NCBI RefSeq assembly: GCF_008065135.1
Contig: NZ_CP042914.1
Location: 3,699,404-3,763,403, forward strand
DNA: 64,000 nucleotides
Direction of reading: 5' to 3'
Source: Roseimaritima ulvae
Lineage (GTDB): Bacteria; Planctomycetota; Planctomycetia; Pirellulales; Pirellulaceae
Shown here: positions 56,439-64,000 of the stretch, piece after piece
Numbering within the stretch: the first letter of the stretch is position 1
Layout of the letters: each line of letters begins with the position of its first letter
Translations under genes and position numbers: made by a program
Notes under the pieces: generated by a model
What the model saw: the letters and a program-made list of their open reading frames with translations, nothing else
Databases searched by the model: none
What the model was told of the DNA's origin: nothing

Positions 56439-57848
56439 ATGACGGTCATCGCCCCGGTTTATTGGCACGAGGGAATGTTTCTCCGCCCCCAGCACTTTCA
56501 GGTCGCCGAACGCAACTTAGAAAGCCAGATCCGCGACAACGTGCAGTGGAATCAGCACTACAGTTGGGGGCTGCGGCGGTTTCAATTGGACGCCGACGCA
56601 CTGGCCAACCATCGCGTGGTGATCTCGGACTTAGCCCTACGCATGCGCGACGGCACGATCGTGTCTTGTCCCGAGATGTGTCAGCTGCCGGAATTGGATC
56701 TGCGTCAAAGCCTTAGCGGGACCCGAGCGTTGACGGTGTTTGCCGCCGTCCCCAAACCCTCGGTGACTCAAAATGCAGACGAAGATCGGGACAGGTATCG
56801 TATCGAAACGCTCGACCTGCAGGACCAAAATACCGGCCAGAACGCTCGTCCGATTCAAGTCCGGCGGCTGAACCTGCGGCTGCTGACCGACGCCGACGAC
56901 CACGCTGGCTTTGCCACTATGCCGCTGATGCGAGTTCGCGGCGCCGATCGCGCAGGCGGAGCGCCGGAACTGGACCGCACCTATATCCCGCCCTTATTGG
57001 CGGTCGACGCTTGGAAGACGCTGGAACAAGAGATCGTGCGGCCCGTGTTCGACCGGATCGGCAAGAAGCTGGAATTGGTTTCCAATCAGGTGATCTCACG
57101 AGGCATCACGTTCGATTCCAGTTCCCAAGGCGACCGTGTCATCTTGGAACAGATGCGGGTTATGAACGAGACGTACGCGGAATTGAGCGTACGAGCGCTG
57201 ATGCCGGGAATGCATCCGATCGACGTGTTCCGCCATCTGTTGAACTTCGTTGGACGGATGGCCGTGTTCACGCCGGCCCGACGCGTCCCGGAGCTGCCCA
57301 AGTACGATCATGACGATCTGGGGCAATGTTTTTGGGCCGCGCGGCGACTGGTCGACGGCGTGCTGGACGCGGTTACCGAACCGGAGTTCTGTGAGCGAGC
57401 TTTTGTTGGCGCAGGGCAGAGGGTGCAGGTAGCGTTGGAGCCGGCGTGGTTGGAACCCGGTCAGCGAATGTTTGTCGCCGTCACATCCAACTTGCCCACC
57501 GAACAAACACGTCAGCTGGTAGAGCGGCGTTTGGACATGAAAATCGGTGCCGGCAGCACGGTCGACGAATTGTATCGGTTGGGACGCGCAGGGTTGCAGT
57601 TCGACCACCAAGACCACCCGCCACGCTGCCTACCGCTGCGACCAGGCCGCGTGTTCTTTGGGATCGATAACTCGCACAGCGAAGACCAATGGGAATCGGT
57701 GCAACGAGAGTTGGCCTTGGCGGTGCGATTTAACGAAAATCTGATCGCCGGCGACGTCCAGGGACAACACGCCATCGGAATCACGGTTGATGGCCATGGG
57801 GCGACGTTGGAGTTTGTGTTGTACGTCGTCCCCCCCTCGGCGATCTAG
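56439..57848 (+). CDS. tssK: Type VI secretion baseplate subunit TssK-like protein (DUF876/VasE family). No other tss genes are present in the window.
   Basis: The N-terminus (VYWHEGMFLRPQHFQ) matches the near-invariant TssK start (W-x-EGMFL-x-PQHFQQ). The internal RLNLRLL...MPLMRV block matches the conserved TssK shoulder motif. The length (~469 aa) is typical. Confidence 0.6.
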   Translation: MTVIAPVYWHEGMFLRPQHFQVAERNLESQIRDNVQWNQHYSWGLRRFQLDADALANHRVVISDLALRMRDGTIVSCPEMCQLPELDLRQSLSGTRALTVFAAVPKPSVTQNADEDRDRYRIETLDLQDQNTGQNARPIQVRRLNLRLLTDADDHAGFATMPLMRVRGADRAGGAPELDRTYIPPLLAVDAWKTLEQEIVRPVFDRIGKKLELVSNQVISRGITFDSSSQGDRVILEQMRVMNETYAELSVRALMPGMHPIDVFRHLLNFVGRMAVFTPARRVPELPKYDHDDLGQCFWAARRLVDGVLDAVTEPEFCERAFVGAGQRVQVALEPAWLEPGQRMFVAVTSNLPTEQTRQLVERRLDMKIGAGSTVDELYRLGRAGLQFDHQDHPPRCLPLRPGRVFFGIDNSHSEDQWESVQRELALAVRFNENLIAGDVQGQHAIGITVDGHGATLEFVLYVVPPSAI

Positions 57849-57896
57849 CGTGCGGGGCACGACTTGTCGTCTGGCGTTTGGTCGGTAGTGGGATCC

Positions 57897-57952
57897 AAAC
57901 GGGAATCCAAACTCTGGCGAGTTCGGCTACGGGGGCGAGTTCGGCTACGGGG
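57897..57952. repeat. REP-B copy plus a partial copy (- orientation)
   Basis: The sequence is ccaaactctggcgagttcggctacgggggcgagttcggctacgggg. Confidence 0.65.
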
Positions 57953-60815
57953 ACGCTTGGACCGTGTAGTTCAGTACGCGGCGGCCATCTTGTTCGGCCG
58001 CTCGCAGCAACAGGGTCTGGCCCAACAGGGAACGACCGTTGGGCAGTGAGAATTCGCGTCGCACCCGCTGGCCAGCGTTCACGCTAACGGTTTGCCGTTG
58101 ATACTGGCGACCGGGCGGAAACAAGCGGCAATCGTAACTCTGACGCTGCTCGGATGAGTTTTCCATTTCCAGTCGCACGACCAAGTTGTCTTGTTCGTCC
58201 AGCCGCGTGGTGATCTGCACCTCCAAACCTTCCGGGCCGACACGCAGTTGCCGATAGACGAGAAACGGATGCGGTCCGGCTTGGGAGAGTCGAAACTGCA
58301 GGGCGATGGTTTCGACGCCCGTTTTAGCGTTGGAGCGGAGCGTGATGGGCACCGGTTGATCCAGAGTTCCCGAGCCGCGGATCTGCCAGGGCACGGGGTA
58401 ACGCGGCAATTCCCAAGCGTCGCCGGCGGACATCAGCATATCGCCTTCGAGCGCATTGGATTGGGGGTTCTTCATCTTCACGGCGACAAACTGCGCACGC
58501 CCCAACAGACTGTCGATGGACGCCCGGTCGAGTTCCACTTCCATCCGGAACTGCGTCATCAGCGGATGCAAGCCGAGGATGAATTTTGGGACCGGACCGG
58601 CTTCGAGCACCTGTCGCGTGACGCCCTGACGATCGACCTTGGCCGCGGCGGTTCGGACGCCCCACACCGATAGTTCTTCGATGTTTTCGCCCAAATAGAT
58701 TTCTTCTTCAGTCGGCTGCGAATTCCACAATACCATCACGCTGCGGTGACCATCGGAGAGCACGATATTGGAACTGCCGTTGGGCAACCGCAGGCTGCCG
58801 ATGCGTTGCAACGTGCCCAACGTGGCGGCGGTGGTTCGCCAGGGCAACAGCATAATGTCGGGCAGGCCATCGGGCTGCAGCAGGCCGGTTTCGGGATTCG
58901 TGGGATCGGACACAAAGGCGGCTTCGACGGCGTGGCCGCGGACGGTGGCCATTCGCAAGACCAGGTCACGGATACGGGTATCGGTGTCGTAGCTAGACTT
59001 GGGCAGCGGATCCAGCAGTAACCAAGTGCGAGTGCTGCCGCTGGACTTTTGCGGGTCCAATTCGATTTCTAGGTAAGCGTCTAGCTCGTCGGCCGTAAAT
59101 GTCTCCGCCTCACTCCGCGTCACGGCTTTCCAAACCCGTTCGCTGCCGGCCGGTTGAGGTTCCAGCCAGGGCCAGGAGAGGACCATATTCAGCGGTTGCC
59201 CGTATCCCTGCAGGCCTCGCTGGATGCTTTCGATGGTTTCTCGCAGTCGAGCCCGGTCGAGGAAGCTGAAGTCGCGTTCGTTGCCCAGTTGCCACCATTG
59301 GACCTTCATCGTCAGACGGCTCATCAGGGTTTCGAGCAGCGGTTGCCAGACGTCTTGATCGCGGAACACATTAACGGCTTGAACTGGTCGTCGAGCGTCG
59401 ATTTCCGGCGCCGTGCCGCTGGGCGGTTGGTTCAGCAAACCCACGACCTGAATGCCGCTTTCCATCAGCCGATTGACCATCCAGGAAAGTTGATCGCCGG
59501 CTTCCAAATCGGCAGCATCGATCCAACAAGGATATTTCAGCCAACCGACGTGGCAGTTGCGGAGCCACTCCGGCAACGCTCGCAAGTCGCCGCGGGGCGC
59601 TCCTTCGGGTAGGGTCCAACCAAACGGTCCGGCTTGGCCCGGCAAGGGTTCGATAACCACAAACGTGGTTTCGGTTTGCAACGCGCTGCGGTCGGCGGCG
59701 ATCAGTTCCGCTGTCATGCGGTAGAACCCTGGCGGCAGGTCCGCCAGTTTCCAATTCGCCAAACCACCGTAGGCCAACAATTGGGAATCATCTTGGTGGG
59801 TGTCGACCGGCGAGATAAAGTCCTCGATCGGCTGCTGGTGGGCATCGAACAGCGTAAAGTGGATGGAGGCGGTTTTGAAACGCAGCCCCATCGCTTCGGC
59901 CGAGATCTCGACCGTATCGCCGCGTGCATAGATTCCCGTAGCCGAGGCACCGCGAACGTGCAGTTGGGGAAATTGATTCAGTTGCAGTTGGTCGAATTGG
60001 ACTTCGCCGCGAATGTCGGCGCCCGGACCGGTCGGCTCCACCCGCACTCGCAAGACCGCTTCGGTACAGCCGGGCGGCGGCGCGATAGCGGGCGTATGCA
60101 CGAGGCTCCAAGACGTTGTACCACCGAGTTTTTCGGTGGCTGTGGTTTTGAGCGGCTGGCCCTGGGCATCGAGGAACACGATTTCGGCCCAACCGCTGTC
60201 GTGTTCCAAACCGTGCGTTTGGATGCGGCTGCTGAGCACATAGCTGTACATCGCACTGACGGGAAATTTGGGACTCTGCAGCAGCGCCCCGCCGCCGTCC
60301 AGCCGCACGCTGAGGTATTGGCTGGAAACCAGGTCGCCCATTGCCGGGGGCAGCCCGGGCATCGCCCCGGCGGTGGCTTGAACAAGACGTGTCCACCGTG
60401 TGGGCAGGCCCGGCAGCCAATTGGGGGTGGCAGCCAGTTTCAGCCGCGTCTGGACCCACCACGGCAGCAGTTTGGCGTCGGCCGCTTTAGCGAACGTTTC
60501 CAACGCGGTTTCGGCGGATTGAATATCAATGGCAACGTATTCGGGATAATTGCGTCCGCTGCGCCGCTGCCAGCCGTCCGGCCAAGTGTCGAAATCGCGG
60601 TCGTCGTGGCGATCGAAGTCCCAACGCTGAACGACCTGTCCGTGCGAGACGCGGGGGGACTGCGCAGGCCGACCGAGCGACGGGGCCGCGGGCGCGGCGG
60701 CATGGGCCCGTGTCAGGCAGCACGCCCAGACCAGCTGGACGGCCAGCAGGATGCCTGCCATAGCCACCACAGGGCAAGTCTTTAGAATAGCGGCGTTCGC
60801 TCGCGTCGGATGCAC
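57945..60815 (-). CDS. Large secreted protein (956 aa) of unknown function, possibly with a glycoside-hydrolase-like TIM-barrel central region
   Basis: It has a signal peptide (AMAGILLAVQLVWACCLTRAHAAAP) and Trp-rich segments. No confident family is recognised. Confidence 0.4.
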   Translation of the reverse strand: MHPTRANAAILKTCPVVAMAGILLAVQLVWACCLTRAHAAAPAAPSLGRPAQSPRVSHGQVVQRWDFDRHDDRDFDTWPDGWQRRSGRNYPEYVAIDIQSAETALETFAKAADAKLLPWWVQTRLKLAATPNWLPGLPTRWTRLVQATAGAMPGLPPAMGDLVSSQYLSVRLDGGGALLQSPKFPVSAMYSYVLSSRIQTHGLEHDSGWAEIVFLDAQGQPLKTTATEKLGGTTSWSLVHTPAIAPPPGCTEAVLRVRVEPTGPGADIRGEVQFDQLQLNQFPQLHVRGASATGIYARGDTVEISAEAMGLRFKTASIHFTLFDAHQQPIEDFISPVDTHQDDSQLLAYGGLANWKLADLPPGFYRMTAELIAADRSALQTETTFVVIEPLPGQAGPFGWTLPEGAPRGDLRALPEWLRNCHVGWLKYPCWIDAADLEAGDQLSWMVNRLMESGIQVVGLLNQPPSGTAPEIDARRPVQAVNVFRDQDVWQPLLETLMSRLTMKVQWWQLGNERDFSFLDRARLRETIESIQRGLQGYGQPLNMVLSWPWLEPQPAGSERVWKAVTRSEAETFTADELDAYLEIELDPQKSSGSTRTWLLLDPLPKSSYDTDTRIRDLVLRMATVRGHAVEAAFVSDPTNPETGLLQPDGLPDIMLLPWRTTAATLGTLQRIGSLRLPNGSSNIVLSDGHRSVMVLWNSQPTEEEIYLGENIEELSVWGVRTAAAKVDRQGVTRQVLEAGPVPKFILGLHPLMTQFRMEVELDRASIDSLLGRAQFVAVKMKNPQSNALEGDMLMSAGDAWELPRYPVPWQIRGSGTLDQPVPITLRSNAKTGVETIALQFRLSQAGPHPFLVYRQLRVGPEGLEVQITTRLDEQDNLVVRLEMENSSEQRQSYDCRLFPPGRQYQRQTVSVNAGQRVRREFSLPNGRSLLGQTLLLRAAEQDGRRVLNYTVQASP

Positions 60816-60890
60816 TTTAGTTCGCTAGGGGGTTACAGATCGTGTCGAACGGGTCTCGTTTAGTTTCGTCCTGCCACAGCGTTTGCCACC

Positions 60891-61667
60891 GTGCCTCAAC
60901 TGAATATTTCTGCTCGATTGTCAGCGTATGGACTACCACTGAAGAAAGCATTGCATGCCGCGGCGCGCAGTGGGGCGTCTGCGGTAGAGATCGACGCCCG
61001 AAACGTCATCCGTCCATCCGAATTAACCGATACGGCTTATCGGCAGCTGCGGAAAATGCTGGATGATCTGAATTTGCGGGTTAGTTCGGTTCGTTTTCAG
61101 ACCCGCCACGGTTACGATTACGTGCCGCGTCTGAATGAACGCGTGGATGCCACCAAGGCCGCCATGCGGATGGCGTACCGGCTGGGCTGCAATGTGGTGG
61201 TCAATCAGATCGGCCGCGTCAGCGACAACGCCGAATCGGCAGGCTACCAGCAGATGGCCGCGGTGATCAATGATCTGGGACGCTTTGGCACCCATGTGGG
61301 GGCTTTTCTGGCCGCCGAAACCGGCTCGGAACCGGGCGAACGGTTGGCGGAACTTCTCTCTGCCGACGACAACGTATTCACCGGTGTGGCTTTCAATCCT
61401 GGCAATCTGATCGTCAACGGGTTCTCGGTCGAAGATTCGCTACGGGCGCTATCGCATCACGTCCAGTTGGTGGTCGCCCGCGATGGCGTGCAGGACTTGG
61501 CCAAAGGACGCGGTATCGAAGTCCCCTTGGGCGAAGGCACGGCGGACTTCCCGCAGATCCTGGGCACGCTGGAAGACCGCCAGTATCGCGGCTGGTTTGT
61601 CGTCGGCGAGCAGGGCGATGGCGAAGCCGAAGTGGCTCGCAATGTTCAATATCTCTCCAACCTGTAG
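60891..61667 (+). CDS. Sugar phosphate isomerase/epimerase (xylose-isomerase-like TIM barrel)
   Basis: The AP-endonuclease-2 / XylA-like TIM pattern is consistent (..VEIDARN.., ..GCNVVVNQIG.., ..GEQGDGE..). Confidence 0.6.
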   Translation: MPQLNISARLSAYGLPLKKALHAAARSGASAVEIDARNVIRPSELTDTAYRQLRKMLDDLNLRVSSVRFQTRHGYDYVPRLNERVDATKAAMRMAYRLGCNVVVNQIGRVSDNAESAGYQQMAAVINDLGRFGTHVGAFLAAETGSEPGERLAELLSADDNVFTGVAFNPGNLIVNGFSVEDSLRALSHHVQLVVARDGVQDLAKGRGIEVPLGEGTADFPQILGTLEDRQYRGWFVVGEQGDGEAEVARNVQYLSNL

Positions 61668-61674
61668 TGACGCT

Positions 61675-62580
61675 GTGTTGTATTTGCTTCCCGATCTGAC
61701 CGTTCTGGACATCATCGGTGCCGACGCCGTGCAGATTCTTAATAACCTCTGCACGGCCGACCTGAAACTTTTGCCCTCAGGCGGCGGGGTGGAGACTTTT
61801 GTAACCGAAGTTCGCGGCCGAACGCTCGGTCACGGCTGCCTGTACTCGGCGCCCGACCGACTGCGGATCATCGGTGCCGGCGATCAAGCCGAAACGCTGA
61901 GCGCGCACATCGATCGCTACACGATTCGCGAAGACGCCCAGCCCGAGGACGTCAGCGAGGCGTTCTGCAAAATCTTGATCAGCGGCAAGGACGCGGACCG
62001 GTTGGCACAGCGATGGGGACTGTCCCCGGGCTCTCCGCCGCATTTATCTGTAACCGCAGGTCCGCAAAGCGTTGCCGACCTGATGGTCTACCAGGTTCCC
62101 TGGACCGGGCCGGCGGATTGGTTGTGCTTGGCGCCGGCCGCGGTCCGCGAAGCGTTGCTGGCTGAACTGGCCGAGCTGGAAATGGGCGAGGCCGATGCGC
62201 TCGACTTTCACGCCCACCGCATCGCCGCCGGTTTTCCCTGGTATGGAGTCGACTTGGACCACACCAATCTGCCTCAGGAAGCCGATCGCAATGACGCGGC
62301 GATCTCCTTCACCAAGGGCTGTTACCTGGGACAGGAAACGGTGGCTCGACTGGACGCGCTCGGACAGGTGCAAAAGAAACTGGTGCGTTGGCAGGTGCAA
62401 ACCACCGCTCCGATTGCGGCCGGTACGGCTTTGACTCAGGACGGCAAGAACGTCGGCAAAATCACCTCCACGGTAACGCTCGACGACCACACACTCGCGC
62501 TGGGGTACGCTCGCCGCAGCCACTTCGATGCGGGCAGCCACGCCGAATGCGACGGAGCGGCCGCTATCGTGTTGCCATGA
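61675..62580 (+). CDS. YgfZ/GcvT-like folate-binding protein (aminomethyltransferase fold). The start is probably a GTG/TTG just after the upstream stop; the ORF-track 5' extension overlaps the previous gene.
   Basis: It has the GcvT-like N-terminus (LPDLTVLDIIGADAVQILNNLCTADL) and a C-terminal barrel region. Confidence 0.55.
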   Translation: MLYLLPDLTVLDIIGADAVQILNNLCTADLKLLPSGGGVETFVTEVRGRTLGHGCLYSAPDRLRIIGAGDQAETLSAHIDRYTIREDAQPEDVSEAFCKILISGKDADRLAQRWGLSPGSPPHLSVTAGPQSVADLMVYQVPWTGPADWLCLAPAAVREALLAELAELEMGEADALDFHAHRIAAGFPWYGVDLDHTNLPQEADRNDAAISFTKGCYLGQETVARLDALGQVQKKLVRWQVQTTAPIAAGTALTQDGKNVGKITSTVTLDDHTLALGYARRSHFDAGSHAECDGAAAIVLP

Positions 62581-62593
62581 GAGCTGTGTTGCG

Positions 62594-63022
62594 ATGAACG
62601 CCGAATGGTTTTTTGTGTATGGAACGCTGAAATGCGGACAGTGCCGAGAAATGTGTTGGCCGGCGACTCCGCTGCAAGTGCAAACCGGATTCGTTCGCGG
62701 CAGCTTGATCGATCTGGTCGACTATCCGGGGTTATTGCCGGGCGAGGACTGGGTGCGCGGCGAAATCTGGCAGATCGCCGCTCCGCAGGTGACCGAAACG
62801 CTTCGCGTGTTGGATGCCATCGAAGGCTATCAAGTCGCTGGCGGCAGCGATAATTTGTACGATCGCCGCCGAGTGGAGGTGTATCGGGCGATGGAGGATC
62901 GACAACCGACGGTCACCGCGTATACCTACTGGTACGTCGCCCCGCATCCGCACAGTGCCACGTTGGTACCGCGTTCCCCGCAGCGGGATTATTTGGAATG
63001 GCCCACCGGCGAAACGTCGTAG
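62594..63022 (+). CDS. Gamma-glutamylcyclotransferase-like (AIG2/GGCT family) protein
   Basis: It has the WFFVYGTLKCGQ motif (the YGTL motif of the GGCT fold) and an E catalytic region (IEGY). Confidence 0.7.
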   Translation: MNAEWFFVYGTLKCGQCREMCWPATPLQVQTGFVRGSLIDLVDYPGLLPGEDWVRGEIWQIAAPQVTETLRVLDAIEGYQVAGGSDNLYDRRRVEVYRAMEDRQPTVTAYTYWYVAPHPHSATLVPRSPQRDYLEWPTGETS

Positions 63023-63984
63023 GCGCTCGCTAATTGGGCGATCACTTCGGCCACGGCCGAGCGTACTTCCGGCGGATCGATCACCTCCGCATCGGCTCCC
63101 AAGGCCAACACCTTGGGCAACACTTCGCGGGGATGGGCCGTGGGCACGGACAACAAAAACGTGCCGCCGGGTTCTTCGGTCAACTGTTGTTCGGGGTGCC
63201 AGGGATCCTCGCGGACCCAAGCCGCAGCTCGGGTTCCCAAGCGAATTCGAACCTGGGTTGGGGAGTCGCCGGAAAAGATGCCGATGCTGTTTTTGAGGTG
63301 TTTCGATACGTCGACATCGGGGTCCGGTTTAAACCACTCGTCCAATGCCGTCGCTTTGCGAAAGCGATCGAGTTTCCAGTGGCGCATGCGTTGATCGGGA
63401 TCGGTCACTTCGGCGGCGGCGGCCACCACATAGAGGCTGGACTGATAGACGGCCAGCCCATAGGGTTCGATGCGCCGCGTGGTGACTTCGCGCCCCACCG
63501 GTTCGTAGTCGATTTCCACCACGCGATGTTCGGCCACGGCGCGGTTGAGTGTTCGCAGAATGCCTTCTTGCTTTTGATAACTCTTGGTGGGGCCCCCCAT
63601 CACGTGCACGCTCTTGCGAAAACGCTCGTAATGTTCCCACACCCCCTCGGGCATTTCTTCCTGGATCTTGTTCCAAAACGATTCGATGCCCTGCCAATAT
63701 TGGGTGCCGGCCAGCGGGTACAGCAGATCGCGGCCGATCGACAACGCGATCAATTCGGTTGCTGTGGCGGTGATTTTATGGATCCCGCGTTCGGTTCGCC
63801 CCAATTTGTAGACTTTGCCGCGTTGCAGCTGTTCGTCCTGGATATCGAACCCGGCCGCCATCAGCGCTTCGAGGTCTCGCCGTACGGTCCGCTCGTGCAG
63901 CGAAGTCAGCCCCAGGTCGGCGATCAGATCCTCGCGGACTTCATCCAGCGTGCGGCCGAAGCGAGCCATCTCCAGCAATTGCAA
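62989..63984 (-). CDS. HTH-WYL-WCX type transcriptional regulator. Its N-terminus lies very near the window edge.
   Basis: It has an N-terminal wHTH (RTVRRDLEALMAAGF), a central WYL-like beta domain (VVEIDYEP...RRIEPYGLAVYQSSLYVVAAA) and a C-terminal extension. Confidence 0.65.
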   Translation of the reverse strand: MQLLEMARFGRTLDEVREDLIADLGLTSLHERTVRRDLEALMAAGFDIQDEQLQRGKVYKLGRTERGIHKITATATELIALSIGRDLLYPLAGTQYWQGIESFWNKIQEEMPEGVWEHYERFRKSVHVMGGPTKSYQKQEGILRTLNRAVAEHRVVEIDYEPVGREVTTRRIEPYGLAVYQSSLYVVAAAAEVTDPDQRMRHWKLDRFRKATALDEWFKPDPDVDVSKHLKNSIGIFSGDSPTQVRIRLGTRAAAWVREDPWHPEQQLTEEPGGTFLLSVPTAHPREVLPKVLALGADAEVIDPPEVRSAVAEVIAQLASAYDVSPVGHSK

Positions 63985-64000
63985 GATTTTATGTTGCCGA

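Overview
This is a high-GC (~60%) chromosomal segment with hallmarks of Planctomycetota, most like Pirellulales. The supporting genes are a DUF1501 / DUF1549-DUF1553 pair, a PVC-type multi-haem CxxCH protein next to a beta-propeller dehydrogenase-like protein, a secreted sulfatase, and a secreted protein with EF-hand/dockerin-like calcium-binding repeats. Start codons often lack a Shine-Dalgarno sequence.

Housekeeping genes are glgX, purM, a 2-hydroxyacid dehydrogenase, a TPR protein, pheA, a pterin-4a-carbinolamine dehydratase, dnaK, clpB, nadB, pssA, a sugar-phosphate isomerase, a YgfZ-like protein and a GGCT-like protein.

Almost every intergenic gap holds copies of two GTAG(C)-headed REP-like hairpin repeat families. 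One intact IS4-family insertion sequence is inserted precisely into a REP copy.

The segments most worth a second look are listed below:
1. A minus-strand operon of a YqiJ/NfeD-like membrane protein, a flotillin-like SPFH protein, and a 1757-aa AAA+ ATPase. It lies directly beside the IS and REP arrays.
2. An RDD / SpoIIM-like / membrane / DUF4129 / DUF4350-like / MoxR cluster. It ends in a ~750-bp nested giant imperfect palindrome where a DUF58 partner might be expected.
3. A lone T6SS baseplate TssK-like gene, about 21 kb from a Tdi1/DUF1851-like immunity-type gene that has a decayed duplicate of its 3' end.
4. Textbook sigma-54 -24/-12 motifs upstream of both dnaK and clpB, separated by a 27-unit heptanucleotide microsatellite.
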